A stretch of DNA of 64,000 nt from Mayamaea pseudoterrestris. Lineage: Eukaryota. Positions 44,737-56,655 of the stretch are shown piece by piece. The stretch lies in the NCBI GenBank assembly GCA_027923505.1, contig BROI01000020.1:248001-312000 (forward strand), written 5' to 3'. The notes below the pieces were generated by a model. The model saw only the letters and a program-made list of their open reading frames with translations, was not told the DNA's origin and did no database searches. Numbering within the stretch: position 1 is the first letter of the stretch; every line of letters starts with the position of its first letter. A program made the position numbers and the translations under genes.

Positions 44737-46212
44737 TTACAAGTAATCCTGCATGACCCACGGAGGGCAATTAAATGGAGGAAGATTTTCCTGCGGTGCA
44801 GCACAGCTCGCTGTAAAGAAAAAGGCAGAGGACGATTAAATATTGCAGCGTGAATGTCAAACTATATACGGATAATTGTCTTACCTGTCTTTTCGTCCCA
44901 AACATTCATGACACAATACCATTCTCCATTCCTTGTCCGATCAATGACACTCGACTTGGCATCCATTATGCGCAGTGTCGCTCGCCATTTACCACAAGAA
45001 GGATTGCAACACCGAACCCATTCATATGGTTCCTTACCCGAGGACACTTGCCGCTTTTTACTTAAACGAGTCTGCGTAGGCTGTCTTGTTTCATACGCTT
45101 CATTGCACTGCAACCGTCGCACCCAAATGCGCAAGTGTTTTCGTATGCGAGCATCCGCCGCACTCTCCGGCGTATGCGACGTTTCATACTCCTCCTCGGG
45201 CGCCGAACACTTGGCGCGTTCCGGATCCGTCTTGTTCATGCTGCAAAACCAGCGAGGCGGCAGCTTCTTTTCGTCAATGACGCCTCGCAGGCGACGCCAC
45301 TTTTTGCACTTGTCGCACTCGACCCATGTGCTGTTGGATGTCCCAGTGGTTTGGCCAAAGATGCTTCCGTCGCGGTCGGCGTCGGCATCATCATCGAGTC
45401 CGAGTGGATCGAGGTCGCGCTTGCTCTTGTTAGCCAAGGCATTTGCGGATCGGAGTGTGACGGAGCGAGTGTCTTCCTTGCGTTTTGCATTCGTAGGCGC
45501 AATCTTGCCTCTTTGTTTCCTAATGTTGGTAGCTTCCTTGCCAGATTCGGACGCATTCGAGTCATAGTCCTCCTCTCCATCGCCGTTGCCAAACCTTTTA
45601 GCATTTATATCACTCGCAGCTCCATACTGTTGCTGCGCCACAAACTTTCGCACCGACTGCTGCAGCGCAGCTCGATCTAGTCGCAAACGTTGACCTCGAT
45701 ACATGTAGCAATCTTCCTCATCCGAGCTAGCGGCATCGTGCAATATGCTTCCACTCGCGCTGTAAATATCTTCCTCAAAGACGCGACGCACTTGGTCGGC
45801 CACCGACTGCTGCGTCGGATTCAAGCGAATATGATTGTTATTGTTTGAGTTGTTTTTGCGAGGCTTCTTGGTGACATTTGTAGCTGCAGTAGTCTCCTTG
45901 TTGTTCGTTGTTGTTGCTTCCTTGGTAGAATCCTAAAGTGAAAGTCGAGGATGAGGAGGATCAATCAGTCAATCAGGGACAAGGTAAAAGAAAATCGCAT
46001 CAAACGTATAGATTCCTCATACAGTAGCAAGCAAAGAGAGCTTGAATTGCTCCTCATGCATTCAATGAAAGTTACAGCGAGCAAATGATACTCACCACGA
46101 CGGCTGCTGCTGTTCCCTTGTTCCGCCTTGGGGCCGTCTTAGTTTTGCGCTTGCGTCCGCCTGGCTGCTGCTGCTCGGAGGCTACGGATTCTCGCTCATC
46201 CTCATCGTCCAT
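44737..46212 (-). CDS. Double CW-type zinc-finger protein
   Basis: TWVECDKCKKWRRL...WFCSMN...CSAPEE and EWVRCCNPSCGKWR...WYCVMN...SCAAPQE; introns 46095-45933 and 44884-44811. Confidence 0.85.
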
Positions 46213-46487
46213 GGTGAATGATGCTGTTTGTATAGCAAAAGAGGTACAATTGGAAGAGAAAGCAAGCTATAGATTCGAAACGGTCACGCCAAAAAAGTGG
46301 CATCATGGTGTCGCGGAAGATACTGGGCATGAGCAAGCGCGTCTGAAATCATTTTTTCACGAAAGCACGTTTTAGGCGCGCCGCGAAACAACGCGCGCCT
46401 TTTCTTGCATCCGCAACAACCAAGGGTGAGTTGCATTTTAGCTTGCAGTAAGGGCAGCAAATACAATATAAAAATATATATAAAGCC

Positions 46488-48080
46488 ATGAACCAAAGCG
46501 AGTCTTTAGAGATTGCTGACGGTAATCTAAAACCAGCGAATGGTTTACTAGCAAGGACGGATGACGACGCTCCGCCACCGCAACTCGCACCTCATTCATC
46601 ATCGTTATGGAAACGATGGATATTGAAGCGACTCCAACACTTGCTTCAGCAAGATGACATTGACAATGAACGTTTTAAAAAGAAAATCATGACAGTCGTC
46701 ACTGCGCTGACCATTATGGGCTGCTACGCTGGCTATCGAAGACTATCGCAGCGCCAACGACGACCGCGCTTGCAAAACAGCTACCACCAATCGGCACAAA
46801 TGGCACCACTATCGCTGCTACTGCAAGCTGCCAAAAACGGAAGCATTCAAAAAGCATTATTGTCAAGCACTGGAAGTGCCGTATATTTCTTGATGCATGG
46901 CGGCAACGACGGCAACGAAAGTGAATGGAAGCAAACGCGGCTACCTCCATCGTGGTCGTCCAAGGATTTGATGGAAACAACCCTTGCATCGTGTGCGGAC
47001 GTTTCCACACTGCCGGAGCCGCTCTGGAGTCAACTTGCAAGTCCATTACTTGCTGCAGTTCCCTTTGTTTATCTGGGTTTCTTGTACAAATATGTTGTGA
47101 AACCAATGCTTGATCACGGCGGAAGTGACATGCCGACTCGACAACAGACATCATCGTCACACGCAACGACGACTAACCCAATTACATTCAAAGACGTGGC
47201 CGGCATGAGCGAATCTACGATACAGGATGTCAAGCAAGTCGTTGAATACTTGCATCATTACAAAGTCTACCAAAACATTGGCGCCAAACCGCCGCAAGGC
47301 GTCTTGCTGCACGGCCCGCCCGGAACGGGCAAGACGCTACTGGCGCAAGCCGTGGCGGGCGAAGCCAAGGTGGATTGTTTCGTCGCCTGCAGCGCCAGTG
47401 ACTTTGTGGAAGTGTACGTGGGACGAGGGGCCGCCCGCGTCCGAACCTTGTTCGAGCAAACACGGAGCGAGGCGAGGAAAAAGCATCAACAAACGCAATC
47501 GTGGTGGGATCGCTTACCGTTGCAGCTGCTCCAACCAAGAAAGCCTTTACAGCAGCAGCATGCTCCGTCTGCTATATTGTTCATTGACGAATTGGATGCG
47601 CTGGGAAAGACGAGAGCCACGTTGAATAGCAATGATGAGCGTGAACAGGCGTTGAATCAGCTACTGGTGGAGCTTGATGGCTTCCGACGATCCAGCGACG
47701 TGACGCTTGTCGTCATGGCAGCCAGTAACCGTGTGGATGTGTTGGATCCTGCAATCTTGCGACGGTTCGATCGCCAAATACATGTTGGACTTCCCGATCA
47801 CGTCGGGCGTGAGGAAATTCTCAAAGTTCATGCGCGGCAAATTCGTTGCGGCCCTGGCATAATTTGGAGCCAAATCGCTAGTGATGCAATGACTTTTGGG
47901 TTTTCAGGCGCGGACATTAGAAACTTGGTCAACGAATCGGCCCTCTTGGCCGTCAGAGAGCAGTCATCGACGGTAAATCAGTCTCATTTGGAACAAGCAG
48001 CGCGGCGAATCAGTCGAATGAAACGACATTCAGTCGGCCAGTCCATTGGGCTTATGAATGATGATCAATTGGGAGACTAG
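46488..48080 (+). CDS. FtsH-like membrane AAA ATPase lacking the M41 protease domain
   Basis: Two hydrophobic segments, GPPGTGKT, FVEVYVGRGAARVR, LFIDELD and LDPAILRRFDR; the ORF ends before any HExxH. Confidence 0.85.
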   Translation: MNQSESLEIADGNLKPANGLLARTDDDAPPPQLAPHSSSLWKRWILKRLQHLLQQDDIDNERFKKKIMTVVTALTIMGCYAGYRRLSQRQRRPRLQNSYHQSAQMAPLSLLLQAAKNGSIQKALLSSTGSAVYFLMHGGNDGNESEWKQTRLPPSWSSKDLMETTLASCADVSTLPEPLWSQLASPLLAAVPFVYLGFLYKYVVKPMLDHGGSDMPTRQQTSSSHATTTNPITFKDVAGMSESTIQDVKQVVEYLHHYKVYQNIGAKPPQGVLLHGPPGTGKTLLAQAVAGEAKVDCFVACSASDFVEVYVGRGAARVRTLFEQTRSEARKKHQQTQSWWDRLPLQLLQPRKPLQQQHAPSAILFIDELDALGKTRATLNSNDEREQALNQLLVELDGFRRSSDVTLVVMAASNRVDVLDPAILRRFDRQIHVGLPDHVGREEILKVHARQIRCGPGIIWSQIASDAMTFGFSGADIRNLVNESALLAVREQSSTVNQSHLEQAARRISRMKRHSVGQSIGLMNDDQLGD

Positions 48081-48356
48081 TTGTATCTACATGACACGTA
48101 GCAAACGTAGAAGGAGCCGAAACATAAACTACCGGTACAGTAGCTGACTGCGATGCTCTGGCCAAGCAAAAGCAGGACGCTGCACTGCAAGCATAGTACA
48201 CAGACATAGCAAATGTGGCATCACTCAGTAGACCATATAAAAGTATTTATTGATTACCAAGCACGAACTCTTTTCATAGAAACACATGAACTAATTGCAC
48301 CTAGACGATTAATATCAAGAGAAATTACCCCCATAGCTTTCGACAGATGCACAGAT

Positions 48357-48792
48357 TCAATCCGTCTTGGCTTGTTGCGCTCCAGAAGTCTTGGACACGG
48401 TGGTGCTTCCTTCACCGCTTTGCTTTGATCGCGATGCTCGCAACTTGTTGTATTCCGATTCAAAGAATGAGAGACTTATTAATAGACCTGTAAAAAAAAA
48501 GCAAAAATGAATATAAAAGATGAGATGGTAAGGATGCTCAAAAAGCCAGCTTCCGAACTGAAGTCTCGAATTATCATCATCATCCATTCCTTTTGAGCCA
48601 GGACAGTAGTCATAAATATTGTATATACTTACCAGCCGACAACATGCTGAGAATCACCATGTGAACCCGCGCCACACCAACCACGGCGGCAGAGAACGTG
48701 AGCAAGAGGAGAATGACAATGACGACACGAACAAATGGCAAAAGCATGACTCCGCCGCCAGGTGACATGACTTGGGAAACGAAGGAAGACAT
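48357..48792 (-). CDS. Small two-TM protein, Pkr1-like (V-ATPase assembly factor)
   Basis: Spliced via intron 48632-48488: MSSFVSQVMSPG...VHMVILSMLSAGLLISLSFFESEY...; the pattern resembles fungal Pkr1. Confidence 0.55.
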
Positions 48793-49554
48793 GATAACGC
48801 GTGCTATGAGTAGAGAATGTCCAGAACGGTTTTGTAGAGAGGAGCAGTCGCTTCCGTCGAGGATGGTTTCGTCGATCCAAGCAACTGACTGTTGACCATG
48901 CCGGCGCGCACGCCGCACGCTGCCGCGTGGAGAACACAACAATGAAAACTACGTCACAAAAGTCGTAGTGACCAGTCATATTTCATCCTCGCTGCATATG
49001 CATCTTGAAAGCTCGACGTTCGTCGCCAGCAAGCTTCAAGACTTCAAGCTCCATGTGACACGTGACGCCAGAAGGCTTAAGCTTGTTCGCATTGTTGTCG
49101 TGCAAGTTGCCGTTTCTATTCGTGAAAATGTTCGCAACAAGTGACTGTAGCCTGTAAAGTACTTTCTGCGAGCTGATACTCCGAAAGTCGACGCTTCAAC
49201 AACCCGTCATCGATCGTCGCAGGCGCGCACCTCGTATGATACGCGTAAGCGTCGCGTCGCGCAAGTCAAGGAAACGCATCGGCTGGAGGCCCTACAATTT
49301 CAATATCTGTTTCCTTGTCGAGACAGAGTCAATAGGCAGGTGATCATCAAGCTCAAGAGTTGTTGAGAGCGAAGCAAGCGGAACTCTTCAGTGCTGGCTT
49401 GTCGGCAGCCTGACGTTCCACTGTCATCTTCACCTGTCATCTGTCGTCATCGGGTGGCTGATAGCGACGGTCGCACAAGCTGGAGGCGTCTTTATTCGCT
49501 CTCTCCAGTCGATTCTTCTGCTTGTCGCAAACTCTTTGAAGCAATCATAGTAGA

Positions 49555-50349
49555 ATGAACGTGGACGCAGCATCCGACGTTGACAAATGCCGAGACAATG
49601 AGGGAGTGAGATCGCCTCGAAGCCGCACGTTTGCTATCGTTGCTGCTTCGCAGGACGCGCTTGACATCATGTCTCGCAAACGAAAGCAAGTGCATACGTC
49701 TCGTCTGACCGAGCTTGAGAATCTGAGCAAGACGGTCCAACAGGAAGAGGCGATATCACTCGAGGAGAGACAGCGGCAGATGGGAATTATTTACTCGCGT
49801 CGCAAGCGAGTGCGGCACAACCAGCGGATCGATGGTCTCACAGAGACTTGCGTGTCATACAGAGAATGTAATGAGTATCTTTCCGAAGAGAATAAGCGTC
49901 TTGAGGGCTTGTTGGAGCAGGCGAGCAAGATTGCGGAAATGGTTGTATCATCTTCTGATGGTTCAAATGCAAGTCAAGGGGCTTTGCTAGCTGATACGGC
50001 ATCGTCCATCTCAACAAACAGTCTGCAGATACCAACTGGTCGCGATTCTTACACCGACCGTAACATGCCCTCGCGTCCTTTCCTTCCTCCTCCTGGCATT
50101 CTGCCAGCTGGAGAGCACCTGAACGCTTGGAATTTATCCCAGTTGCACCAGCGCGTGACTTTGGGTCAATTAAGAGCGGACCCATTCTCCAATCCGAATT
50201 CCATTTCTTGGAGCGACACTACTCGCAGGCACCAACAACATTTTATGTCGTTAGGACTGGATGGATATGCTGACGGAATGCGGAGCGCTTGTGGCAGGCA
50301 GGCAATGCCCTTTAAAGCAACATCGTTGCCTCTGTGCCCAGTGGGCTGA
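49555..50349 (+). CDS. bZIP-like transcription factor (paralog A)
   Basis: RQRQMGIIYSRRKRVR followed by heptad leucines (L..TC...RE.N..L..EN..LE.LL). Confidence 0.7.
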   Translation: MNVDAASDVDKCRDNEGVRSPRSRTFAIVAASQDALDIMSRKRKQVHTSRLTELENLSKTVQQEEAISLEERQRQMGIIYSRRKRVRHNQRIDGLTETCVSYRECNEYLSEENKRLEGLLEQASKIAEMVVSSSDGSNASQGALLADTASSISTNSLQIPTGRDSYTDRNMPSRPFLPPPGILPAGEHLNAWNLSQLHQRVTLGQLRADPFSNPNSISWSDTTRRHQQHFMSLGLDGYADGMRSACGRQAMPFKATSLPLCPVG

Positions 50350-51177
50350 CCCAGGGCGTTTTCAGCAGCTTGACCATACCATCGCGGTCAGGCGCCCCAT
50401 CAGAGCTATCTCGCATTGCAACGAGAGGAGGCTCGCCAGCACCCGTTTGAAACATCCAAAACCTTGCTTGAGCAGTTGCTTCGCGCGCAGCAGCCATAGT
50501 TGCTGCAATGCCTGCCAAGTGTTTCATGCTACGGTACTCCGCGTTTGTTTCTTTGAAACTGTGGTGAATATGCTTTAATGACGGCCAGCAAGATCTGGCT
50601 TGAAACATCATGTTCATTCGGCAATTGAAACAAATATGTAGGTAGCTCATTCTGTTGCTATAACATGCTAAACATGTGACCTATTAGAACACCTATGTAC
50701 CTACACGTCCACTAGTAAACATACATAGACTACATCTAATGTACTTACCCGGTAGAACAATACTAAAGTGCATTGTTTGTTACCCTAGTATTGTCATGAA
50801 GCAGATGTCGCACTGTGACAATCACGACAGACCTGGCGGCGTTTGACATCGCCATCACAACATGATTGGAGGGAAACGAAGTTAACGACTTTCGTGGACC
50901 GACGAAGGCTTTTCACTTCTATTAAACTCATTGCTAAAGATCCAACGAAAGAAGAACGCGAGCAACGGAGAAGCGAAAAATGTGATGTTCTCCACAATCT
51001 TACTGCCCAGGACCAGAACAACGACGTCAACAGGTAGTAACTTCCCGAAAGGTAAAAGAAACATCTCTACGACCAAAGCTGCTCCCCTTGCCGATCCAAT
51101 CGTTGCAATGTAGTTGCGGCTATGTCAGGACTTTCCGAAAGTAAATATTGTAGTGGTAAACACCATAAGCGAATCGA

Positions 51178-52113
51178 TCACTCAGCATTGCCTCCGCGCT
51201 TTCGTGCCTGCTCGAGCAACGCCAGTATATCCACAGAAGCGTTTGACAAAGGGGGATCCACAGGCTGACTTGATGGTGCGGATGTTCGATGATTCATCCC
51301 ACTAGAAGCGACTCCTGATTGAATTGGCAGCGCCAACTGAATTGGCAACGTCCCACCCACAGCGTATGCGGCATGTTCAAGCCTTGTCGGCGAAAGGCTG
51401 CTATTAGGAAGATTGAAAGTATGCAAATGCTGAGCGACTTGTTGGTGCTGAAAAGGAGGACCAATACTTTGATGTGGTGTGCCTTGCCATGCCAGAGTTG
51501 ACTGAAGTGGATGTCCTGCCCATTGAGTATTTGCACTAGCTGCGCGGGCACCAGATGTCACGGAAGCTACAGCTGCTTGAGATGGAATGTTTTGCGGAAA
51601 CTCAAAGCCTGTACTGTCAAATGGACCATGAACTAGCGGAAAATTGCGGTTAAATTGGTTGCTGCTGCTCGGGAACGTAAATGGATGCGCGTGTTGCTGG
51701 TAAGTGACTTCGTTCGAGGCTCCAGACGCTTGCACTGATCCTCCTGCTTTTGAAAGCAGTGATTCGAGATGCAGATCGTCTTTTTGCAGGCGCTCATTTT
51801 CTTGTCGGAGGGAGACACATGTCTCGGTAAGCTCGTCTATCCGTTGGTTCTGGCGTACTCGCTTTCGTCTGGAGTAAATCATGCTCATCTGGCGCTGCCT
51901 CTCCTCTGCAGACAATTCTTCCTCGTTCCGCAGAGTGCTACTGATGTTGTTGAGCTCGGAAAGGCGAGCCTTGTGTTCCAGCTTACGTTTACGAGACATA
52001 TCTTCAAGTGCACTCTGGGTGGCAACGAGTCCAGTGTAGCTGGACGGATGGCTTTTCTGCTCCTCCGATGGCGCGCTGTCATCATCATCTTGAATTGAAT
52101 CTCTCTTGTTCAT
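51178..52113 (-). CDS. bZIP-like transcription factor (paralog B)
   Basis: RQRQMSMIYSRRKRVRQNQRIDELTETCVSLRQENERL, closely matching paralog A; ATG at 52113. Confidence 0.72.
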   Translation of the reverse strand: MNKRDSIQDDDDSAPSEEQKSHPSSYTGLVATQSALEDMSRKRKLEHKARLSELNNISSTLRNEEELSAEERQRQMSMIYSRRKRVRQNQRIDELTETCVSLRQENERLQKDDLHLESLLSKAGGSVQASGASNEVTYQQHAHPFTFPSSSNQFNRNFPLVHGPFDSTGFEFPQNIPSQAAVASVTSGARAASANTQWAGHPLQSTLAWQGTPHQSIGPPFQHQQVAQHLHTFNLPNSSLSPTRLEHAAYAVGGTLPIQLALPIQSGVASSGMNHRTSAPSSQPVDPPLSNASVDILALLEQARKRGGNAE

Positions 52114-53141
52114 TATATTGAAAGAGTGCTTCCACCTCCATCCAGCAGTGCAGGAAAAACAGGGCCACCTTGTGCAAAAACGCAGTCCTGTAAATTGTGT
52201 GCGTGTGTGCCCTTGCTGCCTGTTTCTTCGGACTCGGCTTACAGATTGCCGACAAGCTACCTCGCTTCGCTTTCGCACTTCTAGCTGCCTACACCTTCGT
52301 CGAAATTAGCACCTCGTCTCCCAGCAAACCTCTATGCGAGTTGCAACAAGGTATTGGACAAAATATTGCGTGAAGTGTGCGGTGTGAAATGAAGTGTGCT
52401 TTTTGCTCCCGGCGAAGTTTCGTCCGAACGGCGCTAGTCTTGGTCCGACCAATCCCGACGGTGCAAAAGTCATAGTTCGATGAGGCTTATAAAATCTCTT
52501 AATGTCTTTGCAATACATACGTCATTGTTGCTATTGCCTGGTCATTTTGGTCGGCTTTTCTTATTGCCTTCATTTGTTTCTCGCGTCATGTGATCACGTG
52601 GTGTCGTGTTATGCCCGGACTTCGACATTCGTTCAAGCGGGTTGCGCACATGCAAAGGCTATCACATCTGCATCATCAACCAGCAATGGGTATAACAGGG
52701 TGTAAGCATGGTTTTCGCATCAATATACGGTAGCGATCCTCATCACTTGACGAGTATACAATCGACAGCGAAACATACAGTTTGGGAAAGTGTTAACTGT
52801 AAGGTGCAACAGTAACGTATCTGCTAAATAGCAGCAGTATACCTCACAGTGATGCTGCGACTACCGGCAGTAGCCAAAAAAGGCTTATGCTGGTCTGCTT
52901 TCATGTAAAGAGAAATACTATATTGGTATAATAAACTCAATTTTCCGCCTTCTATTGCTTGTGATGGTTTTTAGGCGACGATAAAATGCCGGGAATACAA
53001 TCCGTCGGACCGGTTACCGACATTGTGACGTTTCGTACGATTGCTTTAAAAAAATGGCGGCCAACCATGATGGCAGAATCGTCCGTCGAACGCTATATTT
53101 TGCGATTGCTACAAACAAACTTTAAGTGCACTTACACTACG

Positions 53142-54698
53142 ATGGAAGCTGCGAATGATGCGTTTGCCATGTTTGGTTCTGATGATGATGAGGACGAAAC
53201 CGAAACTTCTACTTTAAAATCGAATGCTAGACAAGAAGTATCGCGTCAATTGATATTTGATGCAGGCAACCGAAACAACCGAAATCAAGGTGCAAACCTG
53301 ACGGATAATTATAAGAGCATCCCTGTATCTTCTCCAAGAACTAGTGAAGACTATTTACGGAATTTGGATGCACCTAATCGCCTCGTTCTACCTTGGAAAG
53401 TCCCACAATATTTGGGTCCAATGTCGCTCATTCATTCGCTCGAATCTTTTGGAGGCGGTCGCGGCTACGTTGCATTAGAAAATTTAGCCCCCGGAACATT
53501 AGTGCTGGTGGAAGAGCCAATAGTGGCTTGGCAAGGATTTGAAGGTGTGGAGTTTGGATTGGATATGGTTCAACTTGTCTTGATTACAAATGAGGCGCAG
53601 ACAATTCTTCACGACATGGAGCATTTCCATCCGACCAAAGCTGCCGTTGATGCTGCAACGCAGGAAGATGAACACGAACAAGATGTAACTCAGATAATGG
53701 ACATGATTGAAAGACTTCGTAATAAGTTCAAGGACGGCGACCAGCTCAACGAATGCGTCACTCTTGCTCAACGGCGTGGATTATCGAACGCGAATGCGAC
53801 CTTACTCGATGCAACAGATAGCCTGCGCCTTTTGCTAGCAATTCAATACAACAGCTTGGAAAGTGGTATCTACCTTCATGCTGCGATGCTTAACCACGCC
53901 GATCAACCAAACTGCGTCAAATTTGCGCCAGCCAACGACAAGAAATACTCTGAAGTCCGAACGACAAGGAAGGTACAAGCAGGAGAACCTCTCACCATAT
54001 CATATCTGCCTCGGATACTTTCGCATGCATCACGGCGTAAACATTTGTATGAGCAGCATCGTTTCGATATTGGAGCCAATCTTGGACCGCACCTTCGCAG
54101 AATGGAACTCATTGGCGGCAACCTTCCACGTTCGACAACAAACAAGTGGGATGACGACAGTGCAACGAATCGCATTGAAATGGCGACTGCCGAGCTGCGC
54201 GAACTACACCAAGACGCTGAGGGTGATTTGTTGGACGAAGAACACGTTAAGGGACTTGAGCAAGCTTTGCTTGAGTTATGCCGCCAGGCACAAGAGCAGC
54301 TGAAAAATGACATGCACGTTTTGCTCATTCCATGTTTCGAACTCCATTTGGACTGTTGCGATCGGGTGCAGCGAATCTCATCTTTGAGCGGCGGACAACG
54401 GGGCTTGCTGCTCTGCAGAGTAGTCCAGACAGCTCACCAATTAGTGACGCTACAAGAGCTGTTTCATGGGCGAGATCATTTTGCCCTGGCAAGAACACAT
54501 CTTGACTTGGCGCAAGCTGTCGAAGAGCTCCTCTCGCGATCACCTAAACAACTAATGTCGCTTCAGGTAAATGATATACACACCGTGTCGGCATGGTCTT
54601 CCTTCGCTGACAAGGCAAGAAAGGAGCATAATCGTATCAAGTCTCTCTATCCATACGACGTTGATGCTTGGATTGAGAAACAAAAGGATGATGCATAG
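53142..54698 (+). CDS. SMYD-like SET-domain methyltransferase
   Basis: GGGRGYVA...PGTLVLVEEP, AMLNHADQPNC and GEPLTISY, plus a helical C-terminus. Confidence 0.85.
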   Translation: MEAANDAFAMFGSDDDEDETETSTLKSNARQEVSRQLIFDAGNRNNRNQGANLTDNYKSIPVSSPRTSEDYLRNLDAPNRLVLPWKVPQYLGPMSLIHSLESFGGGRGYVALENLAPGTLVLVEEPIVAWQGFEGVEFGLDMVQLVLITNEAQTILHDMEHFHPTKAAVDAATQEDEHEQDVTQIMDMIERLRNKFKDGDQLNECVTLAQRRGLSNANATLLDATDSLRLLLAIQYNSLESGIYLHAAMLNHADQPNCVKFAPANDKKYSEVRTTRKVQAGEPLTISYLPRILSHASRRKHLYEQHRFDIGANLGPHLRRMELIGGNLPRSTTNKWDDDSATNRIEMATAELRELHQDAEGDLLDEEHVKGLEQALLELCRQAQEQLKNDMHVLLIPCFELHLDCCDRVQRISSLSGGQRGLLLCRVVQTAHQLVTLQELFHGRDHFALARTHLDLAQAVEELLSRSPKQLMSLQVNDIHTVSAWSSFADKARKEHNRIKSLYPYDVDAWIEKQKDDA

Positions 54699-54877
54699 TG
54701 ACGAAAGGCTACTAAGAGATTTCACCGCCGATGATTGCGGAGTAAGATACTTTTATTTAAATATCTAACGATGCCTCAAAAAGCTAGGCGATTCTTTTTG
54801 CGTCGTTTATCTGCAATAGCATTTGTGCACAAGTTCGCCCTGAGTGGAGTCAGGCGTTGCGGCGCGTCCCCGAAAGA

Positions 54878-56200
54878 TCAGGAACGAGTCGTATCATGGT
54901 ATTTGATGTTTAATGTCCTGGCATAAAACGGAAGACCATCCAATCGCGAAATGTCGTAGGTAAGGCCGGCAAGTTGCAACGCAAAGTACATGTGTTTGCC
55001 GTCTGGCGAGAAGGAAAGTCCAGTCGTTTCGTCATTGGGAAGCTCGGCATTTGTATGCCCCAGAATCGTGTAAAACTCCCCTTGGGTATTACGTGCGAAT
55101 ATGCCTGCGTTAGGACCGCCGTCTTCGGTAAAGAATAGCCAACCCTCTTGCCGAAACGCCTTGTCCGTCTTTCCAAGCATACCGATTACTTGATCCGGTT
55201 GCCCATCAAAATCTCCATTATCTGTCGTCACGTTCGTATACGTGTATGTCTCCAAATTAAGAATAAACATTGACTTAAAGACTTTTGTCACAAAGTAAAG
55301 CTGTTGCTGGCGACGATCGATTCCTTCGGTATTCGGAAAATGCGTGTTGGCGTTCATACGCGCTGCAGCTAGGTCAGTGGTCCATCGAAAAGTCATGGTG
55401 GTTGGATCCACAAGCAGATAATCCACTGATCCAGTTCCTGTGAGTATGCTCCATGGGTCTCCCCAGTCTGGAGTGTCGGGAATGAATCGGCGAACGACAC
55501 CGGTCGACGAATCTTCCGTCGCAAAGAATTGTGGTGCCAGCAAATTCTTGTTGTAGTACGCAAATGACTCGAACAAACCTCCCTTAGTTTCACGCCCCAT
55601 GGTTATAACTTGTGAGGGTCGGACGCCAGTCGGATCAACTTGATATATAAGCCCGTTTGGTTTTTCTTCGCAGGAAATGTAGGCGCCCCATGGAGTGGTT
55701 CCTCCGCCGCAGTTGGACGTCGTGTTCATTAAGACTCGCTTATACTTGATCAAATGTCCTCTCGCATTAAAAGTGAAGGCCCCGACACCTCCTGCGCCAG
55801 AAGTTTTGTTTTCCGAGTTACTCGTGTAGATCCATCCACCTTCGTTACCCTCACGTGGGTCAGGAAATGTTGCACCATAGTCTGGCAGCGCGTGGGCAAC
55901 CTGTTTCGACCTCCTGCGTCTTCTTGTATCGAGCTGAACATTGCTTCCAGCTCTCGCAATGATTCTCGATGTGAGTCCTTCAGAAAGCAACAGCCCATTT
56001 TCGATTACGTTGAGCCTTCCTGGATAGTATGTCGCGGACTGGATCTGGATTGCTTGTGTTCGACCTGACGCTTGCCTCCCAAGGACGTCAATCTCGTCGG
56101 CGATTAACGCAAGACTAGACGTCAACACTGTTAAGAAAATGATAAATGAAAATGCAGCAGAGCGTAGATTATATTGGTTTGCTTGATCCTTGATACACAT
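54878..56200 (-). CDS. Secreted PhoX/DUF839-type alkaline phosphatase
   Basis: Signal/TM N-terminus; NCGGGTTPWGAYISCEE, FESFAY, TEDGG and ETTGLSFSPDGKHMYFALQ. Confidence 0.8.
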   Translation of the reverse strand: MCIKDQANQYNLRSAAFSFIIFLTVLTSSLALIADEIDVLGRQASGRTQAIQIQSATYYPGRLNVIENGLLLSEGLTSRIIARAGSNVQLDTRRRRRSKQVAHALPDYGATFPDPREGNEGGWIYTSNSENKTSGAGGVGAFTFNARGHLIKYKRVLMNTTSNCGGGTTPWGAYISCEEKPNGLIYQVDPTGVRPSQVITMGRETKGGLFESFAYYNKNLLAPQFFATEDSSTGVVRRFIPDTPDWGDPWSILTGTGSVDYLLVDPTTMTFRWTTDLAAARMNANTHFPNTEGIDRRQQQLYFVTKVFKSMFILNLETYTYTNVTTDNGDFDGQPDQVIGMLGKTDKAFRQEGWLFFTEDGGPNAGIFARNTQGEFYTILGHTNAELPNDETTGLSFSPDGKHMYFALQLAGLTYDISRLDGLPFYARTLNIKYHDTTRS

Positions 56201-56655
56201 TTTGATGGATGTGCGACAGTGACTGCGACCGACGCTCCAGCGCTGCTGTCCTTTTGAAGGGAATATCTGATCTCTTCGAGCAAGAAAGACACTGGCTTCC
56301 TAAACTTTGTGTTTAAAATACTGATCGACAGTGAGTTGCGTTCCCCGGGCCTCTTGACCAAAAGAGATGCAGAGCGGTCGACTGATCGGCCCCAAGACCA
56401 AAATTCTGTCGAACGCTTGCGCGAAGGGCTATAATCTTTCGTAAGAACATCTGAGTAACTTAAGTACACTTTACTTCATAGTTTTAATCATGCCAAATTT
56501 GCCGGGATTAAAAATTGAAGGTGACCGTCTCCTCATGTCCGCGCAATGAATTGCAGCTACCTTCGGCAGGAGGAGACAGCACAACACTCGCAAACCTTTT
56601 ATATGGCAACTGTTACAATTTAGCAGGCGTGCTTGTTGTTATATTGACCTTACAG

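Noticed and set aside
46370..46400. TTTAGGCGCG resembling the MITE end
   Set aside because: Only ~10 bp match with no partner TIR; likely just a GC-rich promoter motif.
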